Shown here: positions 1 through 10,500 of the stretch, piece by piece
Position numbering within the stretch: position 1 is the first letter of the stretch
Layout of the letters: every line of letters starts with the position of its first letter
Assembly: GCA_043228905.1 (NCBI GenBank)
Contig: JBHGNT010000017.1
Span: forward strand, 14,260,001-14,324,000
Reading direction: 5' to 3'
From: Azolla caroliniana
Lineage: Eukaryota; Plantae; Polypodiophyta
Length of the DNA stretch: 64,000 bases
Position numbers and translations under genes: made by a program
Notes under the pieces: generated by a model
What the model was told of the DNA's origin: nothing
The model's input: the letters and a program-made list of their open reading frames with translations, nothing else
The model's database searches: none

Positions 1-83
1 AGTCAACAAAATCATAGGTGCATAGACAAGGATACAATAGACAATTATAATATTACATAGTCAATTAAATCTAAATTCATAGT

Positions 84-169
84 CCGACCTTATCTCAATT
101 GGTAGAGCGGAGGATTGTAGTGTATGCATAGAAACCCTTAGGTTGTTGGTTCGAATCCGACAGGTCGGA
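84..169 (+). tRNA. tRNA-Tyr(GTA) with 13-nt intron, degenerate copy (probable pseudogene)
   Basis: Plant tRNA-Tyr sequence with changes G10T, G15A, C32T, T39C. Confidence 0.8.
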
Positions 170-621
170 CTTAATATTGCGATTACAATGTCGTCAAAGA
201 TATTTACATGTACATGCACAGGAACAAATCAGGCTTTTTATATACCAATGTGGGTCGACGAACAAATAACAATGCATGTATACACACCCTTATGTCGAGG
301 GTTTGTGTTTCACATATCTTTGGCTTAGCCTTATTTCATTATTGTAGGAATAAAGAGAACACCACTTCGTCTTCTAAGATTGTATATATGATGATTAGTC
401 GGTCTATTATTGGAAACTTTTAGAACTATGCTACTTGTATTTCTACGTTTTGGATATAATATCACTTCTTGGTCTACGGAAAATGTTATCACGATATTAT
501 AAATCACCATTTGAAAGAAAAACAAAACGGTGATATAAAGTCAACAAAATCATAGGTGTATAGACAAGGATACAATAGAGAATTATAATATTACATAGTC
601 AATTAAATCTAAATTCATAGT

Positions 622-707
622 CCGACCTTAGCTCAGTTGATAGAGCGGAGGACTGTAGTGTATGCATAGACATCCTTAGGTCGTTGGTTCGAATCCGACA
701 GGTCGGA
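622..707 (+). tRNA. tRNA-Tyr(GTA) with intron; D-loop G19A
   Basis: CCGACCTTAGCTCAGTTGATAGAGCGGAGGACTGTAG-intron-ATCCTTAGGTCGTTGGTTCGAATCCGACAGGTCGGA. Confidence 0.88.
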
Positions 708-2051
708 CTTAAAATTGTGATTACAATGTTGTCAAAGATATTTGCATGTACATGCACAGGAACAAATCAGGCTTTTTACATACCAATGTGGGTCGACGAA
801 CAAATAACAATGCATGTATACACACCCTTATGTCGAGGGTTTCTGTTTCATATATCTTTGGCTTAGCCTTATTTCATTATTGTAGGAATAAATAGAACAC
901 CACTTCGTCTTCTAAGATTTATATATGATGAGTAGTCGGTCTATTGTTAGAAACTTTTAGAACTATGCAACTTCTATTTCTACGTTTTGGATATAATATC
1001 ACTTCTTGGTCTACGGAAAATGTTATCACGATATTATAAATCACCATTTGAAAGAATAACAAAACGGTGATATAAAGTCAACAAACTCAAAGGTGCATAG
1101 ACAAGGAAACATTAGAAACTTATATTATTAAATAGTCAATTAAATCTTTTTTAAGATTGCTTAAAGTGTGCGGCACTTCATCGAGGGTTGTTTGGGGTGG
1201 ACTCAAGTTTAGATCTTATTTGTATGTCTAAACATAAGTAGTGATATAGTTTTAGAAGAATAGAAAAGTGAGGGCGTGGGTGGGGGTTAGGGGAGTGTAG
1301 CTTGTTGAAATTATCAAAAGTATTTAAACCTAATCAAAGTTTTTAGAATATATTAAAGATCATTGGGATAACTTAAGTTATTAGACAACAATAACGTACT
1401 ATTAAAACACCAATATAGAGTATTATTAAAACGGGACCACACTCTTAGATGAACGGGAGTTGTTTAAACACACGCTTAAGCAAACACTTAAAAGAAAGAT
1501 TATTATAAAAAATAAGAATAAAAATAAAAATAGAAAAGAGAGATTGAGATTAAAAAATGATTATGGTTAAGAAGGGATTATGATTAAGGGGGAAGGGGTT
1601 GCTAAACAAAGTACTTAAACGAATGTTTAAACAAATATTTAGATAAGAAAACACTTGGGCAAACACTTAACGCAAGGTTAGGATTAAAAGAGAAGGGAGG
1701 GATTATGGTTAAAGAAAAGGGGTCATGGTTGAGAAGAGAATGATTATGATTAAGAGAGGAGAATACTTAAACAAATGTTTAAACAAAAAGTTAAACCTAA
1801 AAATGATTGAACAAGTACTTAAAAAAAAGGGGTTAAACAAGTACGTAATAAAAATGTTTATTAAACAAGTACTTAATAGAAAATGAATAAATAAATGCTT
1901 AAAAACTTAAGACAAAATTTTTTTTGATAAAAAAGTGATTAAACAAGTACTTAATAAAAATTTATTAAATAAGTACTTAAGAACTTAAGACAAAAAATTA
2001 GATAAGAGCAACACATAGAAGGAAATAAAGCTTTACTATCATAAGGCAACG

Positions 2052-2097
2052 ATCGGCAAATGCATTTCGCCTCGATGGAGGCTCTTCAGTGCCCGAT
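2052..2097 (-). ncRNA. Minimal type I hammerhead ribozyme
   Basis: Minus strand reads ATCGGGCA-CTGAAGA-GCCTC-CATC-GAGGC-GAAA-TGCA-TT-TGCCGAT: CUGANGA/GAAA core, 5-bp stem II, stem I with one bulge, and a palindromic minimal stem III. Confidence 0.85.
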
Positions 2098-2259
2098 GTA
2101 CAAATGATGAAAACTAAGCCTACTAGGTTGCTCTTTTTATAGGGAGAGGGAGGAGAGTCCTTTGTATGTGGGACATACAAAAGTGTGTACAAAGGGAAGG
2201 TACAAGAGTGTACACCAGACTTTAGGTGGGGGTTAAGAGGGGTGAGAGTACATAAAACA

Positions 2260-3993
2260 TTAGGTGGGGGGAAAGGATGCGTGTACTAGGTGGTTTCTTA
2301 GTTTTTTACCATTTAGCCAACACGTGAGAGGGGGTGTAAGGGAACTGTATTGTGGTTGTCCTAGAAGGGGTTTAAGTTTGTTTCTCACGAGCGCTCCGAT
2401 TTGGAGTTTTTTGATACATGGGGAGTATCGAAGCTTAAAAACAATGGGTGGAGGTTTTTTGTTGTTGGGTTGGTTAGAGAGTAGTTGGTTTCGTATGGAG
2501 TAGGGGACGGTCGAAAAACACTTGAGTAGGAACTTCGATGGGTAGCCCCTAGCTCTTAGGCGGTCGTAGAACTTTTTGTGTAGTTCCATGTAGCCATTTT
2601 CCGAGCTCTCCCGGATAGCATACCGTTTTAGTTCGCCCGTGATGAAGCCCTTTTTGTGTGCTATGGGGTGCGAGGATTTCCACGGGAGGTACATGTAGGC
2701 ATTGAGAGGTTTTTGGTGGCATGTGGTGTCGAGGATGCCGAATTCTTTAAAGTATGGGCCTTTGAAGAAGACGACGTCCAGGATGGTGATCTCTTTAGGG
2801 GAGGTTGTTGATTCAATACGGATGTGTTGTTGTAGAGGCACGCCGTATTGGTGTAAGAAGGTGTGAAGTGTATCAGGGGAACCTTCCCAAACTCCTATGG
2901 CATCATCGATGTAGCGTTTGTAGTAGAGTAGTTGCGGTGTTTGGAAAGCTAGGTTGTCGTCCTCTAGCTGCGAAAGAAACAAGCAAGCGTAAACAACCGC
3001 AAAATTACTACCCATCGCAGTGCCTTTAATTTGTAACCAAAAAGCATTATTAAAGGAGAGAAAATTGTTTCTAAGTATTAGTTCGGCAACACTCATAATG
3101 ATTTTGGTTTTGTGTGGTGGGAAATGATGTGAAATAGATTTTTTAAAAACCAATAGACCTTCCGGGGTAGGTATACTGGGATATAGTGACACTACGTCAA
3201 AAGAAAACAACATGCAAGTTTTGGGGAAGGTGTGGTGTGCTAGGTCCTTAACAAGTGTTAAGGAGTCTTTGAGGTGTTGTTTTTTAGACAATAAGACAGG
3301 ATGTAATAGATGGTGTAGCCATTTAGAGGCTCTTTCGAAAACATAATTGTTGTAGGCGCAAATAGGGCGTCCTACAACAATGGGCTTGTGGATTTTGGGG
3401 ATGATGTAGAAACGACATATCCTGAAACCATGTTTGGGTTTCTGAAGGAGGAATCTAATTTCCTCATTGGAGAGGTGGGGGGAAGCTTTCAGACATAGGT
3501 GTTCAAGTCGACTGCGGAGAGTTTCTAGGGGGACGTCTTTGACGGGGGTGTAAGTGTTTCTGTCGTTGAGCTGTCTAAGGCATTCGTTAAGGTACCAATC
3601 CTTAGAGAGAATGCACGTGCCTAGATTTTTATCCGCGGGTTTAATAACTATGTCTTGATTTTTTTTGAGATTATGTAGTGCAGTTCTAAAGTTCCTATGA
3701 GGGCGAGGTTGGATGGTGGGTGGGGAGGGGAGGGCAGAGGTGATAGATGTGATGGTTTGTGTGATTTCTGGCACGGCTGGGGGATTCCAACTGGGGTTCG
3801 GTATTCTAAATGGAGAGATAATGTTAGTAGAGTTTCTAAAGAAATATTTGAGGCAGTAAGTTCTATCCAAGGATACAACGACATCTATCAATTGTTGTTT
3901 TCTAATAGGTTGGGGTGGGGGAATAAAGTCTAGACCTAAGCTTAGAAGTTTGAGTTGGGGTGGAGGAAGGTGGAAAGAGGAAAGGTTGTGCAA
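2260..3993 (-). CDS. Penelope-type reverse transcriptase, no C-terminal GIY-YIG domain; frame stays open upstream to ~4650, probably entered by -1 frameshift
   Basis: Motifs NLSS..L...LLSLGLDFIP, IKPADKNLG, YIIPKIHK..GRPI, SFDVVSLYPSIP, GTAMGS, YKRYIDD, thumb YLPWKSSHP...RGYP. The ORF ends shortly after the thumb. Confidence 0.93.
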   Translation of the reverse strand: MHNLSSFHLPPPQLKLLSLGLDFIPPPQPIRKQQLIDVVVSLDRTYCLKYFFRNSTNIISPFRIPNPSWNPPAVPEITQTITSITSALPSPPTIQPRPHRNFRTALHNLKKNQDIVIKPADKNLGTCILSKDWYLNECLRQLNDRNTYTPVKDVPLETLRSRLEHLCLKASPHLSNEEIRFLLQKPKHGFRICRFYIIPKIHKPIVVGRPICAYNNYVFERASKWLHHLLHPVLLSKKQHLKDSLTLVKDLAHHTFPKTCMLFSFDVVSLYPSIPTPEGLLVFKKSISHHFPPHKTKIIMSVAELILRNNFLSFNNAFWLQIKGTAMGSNFAVVYACLFLSQLEDDNLAFQTPQLLYYKRYIDDAIGVWEGSPDTLHTFLHQYGVPLQQHIRIESTTSPKEITILDVVFFKGPYFKEFGILDTTCHQKPLNAYMYLPWKSSHPIAHKKGFITGELKRYAIRESSENGYMELHKKFYDRLRARGYPSKFLLKCFSTVPYSIRNQLLSNQPNNKKPPPIVFKLRYSPCIKKLQIGALVRNKLKPLLGQPQYSSLTPPLTCWLNGKKLRNHLVHASFPPT

Positions 3994-4061
3994 TGAGTGA
4001 TTAGTGATCCTATTCTCGAGCTGGGAGGGTGTTTGCCTTCCCAGTAAAATGTGGAGGTAGG

Positions 4062-5869
4062 TTAACGGTTGAAGAAGCGGGAGCCAATGTAATTTTCTAA
4101 GTCTACCCCTACGTATTTTCTTGGTAGAGGATTTAGTTTCGGTCCCGTGGTGCGTGTGTTGGGTGCGCCTTGCGGGACTGGGGGCCGGGGATGAGGAGTA
4201 GGTCGTTTGACTGTGGGCCGGGGGTAAGGCGTGGGTCGTGAAATTGGGGGTCGAGGGACTGGGGGTTGTGAAATTGGGGGTCGAGGGACTGGGGGTTGAA
4301 GGACTGGGGGTCGAGGAACTGAGGGTCGAGGATAGGACCGTGTGGTGGGTTTGAAGGTCTCGAAGTGAGACATTGATTGTTTCATAGGTGGGGGTAGGGA
4401 GGTAGGTGGTGGTACATTCATCGGGACAAATATAGGGTACGTGGGGGGTATGGGATGTGTGGGTGGTACGGGATAAGCATAGCTTTGTCCATAACTTGGG
4501 ATAAAGGACTGGGTCCTTAAGAAGGAGGTGGGGGCAGTGGGGGATGAATTTGATGCTTTGTGTGTCCTTGTGCCCCCATTTTTTGTCGGGGGCATAGCCG
4601 TGTTTTTTGGATGTGTGTTGGGGTTTTCCTTGATCTTTTTTAGCCCATCATCTATTAGAGTATTTATTGTTTTTTCTTTGCCCATCGTCATGGATTTCGA
4701 GACGATGGCGTCCTGGGCTGATTTATTAGCCACTTTAGTTTTAGCTTCTAAGGAAATCTGTATGCTAAATTCTAAGGTGGCTTGCTCTAGGTGGCTATTA
4801 AATTTAGCAAAAGTTTCATTTTTCCAATGTTGGAGTTTTTCCTCCCATTGGTGTGATGTGACAAGGTTGTGCAATGGGATATCCAAGAGCATTGATACAA
4901 TGTCTTGGAGTCTTTGCTCAACCGTGGTGGGGAACTTGTTGATAGTTTCAGTAAAACTAATAGCTAGGTTTTTTGGGCCTCTATTAACGCTAAGGTGCAA
5001 TTTTTTCTATATTCTGCAGTGAGATCGTTTAGTTTTTTATTGAGGATATTTTGTGCGTTTTCATTATTTATCGTTACCCTAGGAGGGTTAATGCGCAAGG
5101 AGTTAGGGATGAAGTTCTCCTTGAGATCGGTTTCATATTTATTGAGTACATCTTGGGCTCTATGGCGTTTAGACAAGAGTTCTTTATATTCTAATACGGA
5201 GCCTTGGCAAATGGTGTCAAAGTGGATGGGAATAGGTAAGTTTTCTAAAGAGTTTTGTGCCTCGAGGGGCGGGTTTGAGTTTTCTATGCTAGTTTTTCCC
5301 TTTTCTTGTGTGTTTGGGGTTGTTATTTTCCTTTTACCTTTGTCTTGTGGACGTGGGTTTGTGTGGGTGTGGTGGTCGCTAGAGGACACATGGGCGTGTT
5401 CAAAAGGAGATTTTGTTATTGTAGGCATGCAAAGGGGATCTCCACCACCCCATTCTAGGGGAGGTGAGCTAAAGGTATTAAACAACTTCTGAAAGAAGAT
5501 GACCTTCTTTGCGGGCGAGAGTTTGGTGATGAATTCTTTATAACCTTCCATTTTAAGGTCTTCTAAGTTTTCTATGAGTGAACTAAATGGAGATTTGGGG
5601 GAGGGGGAGGGAATGCTTTGCGTGCTACTAGGGCTAGTTGGGGCTAAATCTAGTTGTAGCATCCTAGATGGCGGGGGGATTTTTTTAGGTGGGGATTTGG
5701 GGTTGTTAAGACACACATTATATAGATGTTGGATTTCATGTGGGACTTCGTTATTTGTAAATTGACAAGAAAGAGGGTGGGGTGAGTGAGCTTCCCTGTT
5801 TACAACGGTCGTTTGAGTGTTGGCGACGACGTGCTTGAGATTGGTCGTCATTGGTGGAGAATCCGGCAC
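4062..5869 (-). CDS. PLE ORF1 (coiled-coil plus proline-rich), split by a 1-nt indel in an A6 run at ~4970 and open up to the 5' truncation junction
   Basis: ORFs 4964-5869 and 4062-5000 join (EAQK/NLAISF) if one A is added. Helical segment ..KYETDLKENFIPNSLRINPP.. and 30-bp PRPPISQPPV repeats. Confidence 0.72.
4571..4608 (-). promoter_or_regulatory. Putative -1 programmed ribosomal frameshift signal
   Basis: A_AAA_AAC heptamer in the ORF1 frame (4608-4602), a 7-nt spacer, then hairpin TGCCCCC-GACAAAAAAT-GGGGGCA. The -1 frame is stop-free from here into the RT. Confidence 0.75.
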
Positions 5870-5916
5870 AAAGTCGATGGTGGTTGTGGGTAGATCCGTC
5901 GGTATGTCGGCGATGA

Positions 5917-6349
5917 TGTTTTCTTTTGACGTAGTGTCACTATATCCCAGTATACCTACCCCGGAAGGTCTATTGGTTTTTAAAAAATCTATTTCACATC
6001 ATTTCCCACCACACAAAACCAAAATCATTATGAGTGTTGCCGAACTAATACTTAGAAACAATTTTCTCTCCTTTAATAATGCTTTTTGGTTACAAATTAA
6101 AGGCACTGCGATGGGTAGTAATTTTGCGGTTGTTTACGCTTGCTTGTTTCTTTCGCAGCTAGAGGACGACAACCTAGCTTTCCAAACACCGCAACTACTC
6201 ACTACAAACGCTACATCGATGATGCCATAGGAGTTTGGGAAGGTTCCCCCGATACACTTCACACCTTCTTACACCAATACGGCGTGCCTCTACAACAACA
6301 CATCCGTATTGAATCAACAACCTCCCCTAAAGAGATTACCATCCTGGAC
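5917..6349 (+). repeat. Inverted copy of PLE RT core segment (2776-3209)
   Basis: Near-identical reverse complement with a 1-nt deletion; ORFs 5817-6230 and 6140-6442 repeat the RT peptides. Confidence 0.95.
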
Positions 6350-6561
6350 TATGAAACTTTTAGAACTATGCAACTTCTATTTCTACGTTTTGGATATAAT
6401 ATCACTTCTTGGTCTACGGAAAATGTTATCACGATATTATAAATCACCATTTGAAAGAATAACAAAACGGTGATATAAAGTCAACAAACTCAAAGGTGCA
6501 TAGACAAGGAAACATTAGAAACTTATATTATTAAATAGTCAATTAAATCTAATTTCATAGT

Positions 6562-6647
6562 CAGACCTTAGCTCAGTTGGTAGAGCGGAGGACTGTAGTG
6601 TATGTATAGACATCCTTAGGGCGTTGGTTCGAATCCGACAGGTCGGA
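6562..6647 (+). tRNA. tRNA-Tyr(GTA) with intron; C2A acceptor mismatch
   Basis: Array copy directly downstream of the PLE duplication. Confidence 0.85.
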
Positions 6648-7543
6648 CTTAAATTTGCGAATACTTCACATTGCAACATGCATATAATTGGATTGGTGGG
6701 TCGATGAACAATGTCGTCAAAGATAACTTAATCAGTTTGATTTCAACATACATGCACTGAAACATTTCAGGCTCTTTACATACCTATGTGGGTCGACCAA
6801 CAAATAACAATGCATGTATACACACCGTTATGTCGAGGGTTTGTGTTTCACAAGTCTTTGGTTTAGCCTTATTTCATTGTTGTAGGTATAAATACAACAT
6901 CACTTCGTATTCTAATATTGTATATATGATGATTAGTTGGTCTATTATTAGAAACTTTTAGAAGTATGCCACTTTTATTTCTACGTTTTTCATATGTTAT
7001 CACTTCTTGGTCTACGCAAAATGTTATCACGATATTATAAATCACCATTTGAAAGAAAAACAAAACGGTGATATAAAGTCAACAAATTCATAGGTGCATA
7101 GACAAGGATACAATAGAAAATTATAATATTATATAGTCAATTAAATTTAAATTCATAGTCCGATCGTCAAAGATATTTGAACGTACATGCACAGGAACAT
7201 TTCAGGCTCTTTACATACCAATGTGGGTCGACAAACAAATTACAATGCATGTATACAGACCCTTATGTCGAGGGTTTGTGTTTCACAAGTCTTTGGCTTA
7301 GCCTCATTTCATTATTGTAGGTATAAATAGAACACCACTTCGTATTCTAAGATTGTATATATGATGATTAGTTGGTCTATTATTAGAAACTATTAGAACT
7401 ATGCTACTTCTATATCTACGTTTTGCATGTAATATCACTTCTTGGTCTACGTAAAATGTTATCACGAGATTATAAATCACCATTAGAAAGCAAAACAAAA
7501 CTGTGATATAAAGTCAACAAATTCATAGATGCATAGACAAGGA

Positions 7544-10500
7544 TGTTGGGATTTCGGTCCCTCCGGATGGGATGTCCGGAGATGAATGACGGCAAGCCCG
7601 GTTGCGGTTACGGAACCGGATGATGAAGAGTACCCGGCATGAAGCCGGATGAAGAGTACCCGGATACGGATCCGGATGATGAAGACCCCGGCTACGGAGC
7701 CGGATGCTGAAGACCCCGGCTACGGAGCCGGATGACGAATGTACCCGGAGAGAGATCCGGATGCGGGGACATATTTGTGAATATGTTTGCCAAGAGCCCT
7801 TGAGGCTATATTTGTAAATAGCCCGAAAGTCATATGTGTATAAATATGACTTAGGGCAAACAGTTTGTTGTTGTTGCTCATTTTTCTGTTTTCCACGAAG
7901 AGGGAGCGAAGTGAGAGCAGCCGAGAGAGAGAGAGAGAGAGAGAGACGAAGAGGTCGTTGCCTCTGTGTATTACCGCCGCCTGTGGCGAAGACAGTGAGC
8001 TCAAGGTTGTTGCCTTGCAGCTTCACCAGTGTACATCCCTGTTCATAGTGATCGTTGGAGTTAGAGGACTCCCGTGGTTTTTTCCCATTTAGGGTTTTCC
8101 ACGTAAAATATCCAGTGTACCTTTCTCTCTATTGTCCTCGTGCACTTTGTATTTCCCGTTTTCTGTGAGTTGATCCTATTCCTCGGTTGTGGCCGAGCGC
8201 TGTCTGCAACAAAGTGGTATCAGAGCGACGGTAACACAGAAAATGGAAGGCGGCGGTAGTGGGCCTCCGGGCATGATGGTGTTGAACTCACAGAACTACG
8301 CCGACTGGAAGATAAAGATGGAAGACCTTCTCATCGTCCGAGACCTGTACGAACCGATCGACAATGCCGAGATACCCAAGGGGGTAATAGAGTCGGAGTG
8401 GAAGCTCCTGAACCGGAAAGCCGTAGCGACGATCCGGCAATATGTCGATGTAAGTGTTCTGCAACATGTCGCGAACGATACGAACGCCTATGAGATGTGG
8501 CGGAAGCTGTCGGGCCTCTACGAGAGGAAGAATGCGTTGAACCGGACCTCCCTGATGAGGAAGATAGTGAACCTCAAGTACCGGGACGGCGAGAGTATGG
8601 TGGAACACGTAAGCACGTTCATGGGATTCGTGAACCAGCTTGCGGCGATCAAGTTCCCGTTGGAGGATGCAATGCAAGCCATCATCCTGATGTGTACATT
8701 GCCGGAAAGCTGGGAGAACTTGGTGGTGACTCTCAGCACCTCCTGCACCGAAGAAAACTTGTCCCTACAAACGGTAAAGACAAGTATTTTGAACGAAGAA
8801 GCGCGTCGGAGAGATAAAGAACCGGCCTCCGATCCGAAGATGCTGCTTACCGAATCGGATCGGGGAAGACAACGGAACCGGAGTCCGCAAAGATGGGAGA
8901 AGTCGGGGACCCGGTCGCAGTCAAGAGGAAGGCCCACATGCTTCCACTGTGGGAAGCCGGGGCACTTCCGGAAGAATTGTCGGCATTACCGAAAAGACAA
9001 CGGAGCCGACGACACCGATTCGAAGAAGTCACCGGAGCGAAACGGCGCATACCGGGGAGCCACGGACCGGAGAGGTCCGGATCGGCGAGGGCAGGACCGG
9101 AAAGGAACGACGGCACTCGCGGCAAGTGAAGAAGAGATAATGCTCATTACCGAAGAGAGGGAGCTGAACCTTGCCGGTGAAGAGATGACCTGGGTGGTCG
9201 ATTCCGGAGCGTCGTTCCACCTGACACCGGAGAAGAAATACTTCTCATCCTACACAGCCGGTGAGCACGGCTGTGTCCGGATGGGAAATGAAGGTACATG
9301 CCGGATTGCCGGCATAGGAGACGTGTGGCTGATGACATCAACCGGATGCAAGATGCTGCTGAAGGATGTACGACACGTTCCGGAGGTCCGATTGAACCTG
9401 ATTTCGGCCAAGAGGCTAGACGATGAAGGCTACACAGGTAGCATCCGGAACGGTGTCATGAAGTTCAGCAAAGGGAGCCTGATAGTGGCTCGGGCCCGGA
9501 AGGTCAACACACTGTACCTGATGAATTCCCGGCTATGTCCGGAGGAGCTGAACGTGGCAGCCAATACTGCCGGTGAGCTATGGCACAAGAGACTGTGCCA
9601 CATGAGCGAGAAGGGGATGAAGAGGCTTGCCGAAGACAACCTGATACCGGTAAAGCATTTACACTTGGGGAAGTGTACCGACTGTCTGGCCGGTAAGCAA
9701 AACCGGACCTCCTTCCACTCAAGGCCACCGACGAGACGTAGCGCACCATTGGAGTTGGTGCACACTGACGTGTGTCAGGTAGAAACGAAGTCACATGGCG
9801 GAGCCCAATACTTTGTAACATTCATAGATGACCATAGCCGGAAGCTGTGGACGGCACTGTTGAAGACAAAGGACCAAGTATTGTCCGTCTTCAAAGAACT
9901 CCACGCGAGAGTGGAAAGGGAATCCGGCAAGGAGCTGAAAGCGATACGAGCGGATAACGGAGGGGAATACCGGGGGCAGTTCGAGGAGTACTGTCGCTCG
10001 AAGGGAATCCGGCTCGAGTTTACTGTGCCGAAGACGCCGGAACTGAATGGGCTGGCCGAGAGGATGAACCGGACCATAATGGAGAGGGTCCGGAGTATGC
10101 TGGCGCATGCGAAATTACCCAAGGGGTTTTGGGCTGAGGCAATGTCGACGGCGACATACATGATAAACAGATCACCCTTAGTACCTTTGGACGGAGACAC
10201 GCCGCAGAGAGTGTGGACCGGTAGGGAAGTATCCTACCGGCATCTGAAGGTGTTCGGGTGTCTCGCATACGTGCATGTGGCAAAGGACCGGAGAGGAAAG
10301 TTAGATCCAAAGACCCGGCCATGCATATTCCTCGGTTACGGCGACGACGAGTTCGGCTACCGAGTATGGGACCCGGTCGACAAAAAGATATTCCGGAGTC
10401 GTGATATCATCTTCATGGAGGACAAGACACTCGCCGACTGGGAGTCGGAGAAGAAGATGAAGAGCTCCAAGTCGACCGGTGAGGATCAACTCTACGAGGA

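Larger units (their letters stand above)
1148..6352 (-). mobile_element. Penelope-like retroelement lacking GIY-YIG endonuclease (Athena/Coprina-like), 5'-truncated, with an inverted internal fragment
   Basis: PLE-type RT ORF, upstream ORF1, hammerhead motif and a short A-tail at 1148-1152. Flanked by a 198-bp duplication of array spacer (950-1147 = 6353-6550). Confidence 0.88.

Noticed and set aside
1270-2250. Telomere-like G-rich words near the PLE 3' region
   Set aside because: Only isolated TTAGGG-like words; no tandem TTTAGGG tract.
4964-5000. Second programmed frameshift between the two ORF1 halves
   Set aside because: No X_XXY_YYZ heptamer in the upstream frame; a single-base loss in an A6 run (mutation or sequencing error) explains it.
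6434-6480. Spacer hairpin ATCACC..GGTGAT as a terminator or MITE end
   Set aside because: Short and imperfect, with no TSD or partner TIR; not supportable as a feature.
7523-8092. ORFs in LTRs and antisense ORFs across the retroelements (also 12248-12874, 27910-28287, 62657-63361)
   Set aside because: They derive from tandem repeats, (GA)n microsatellites or the GC-rich antisense of pol; no domain signal.
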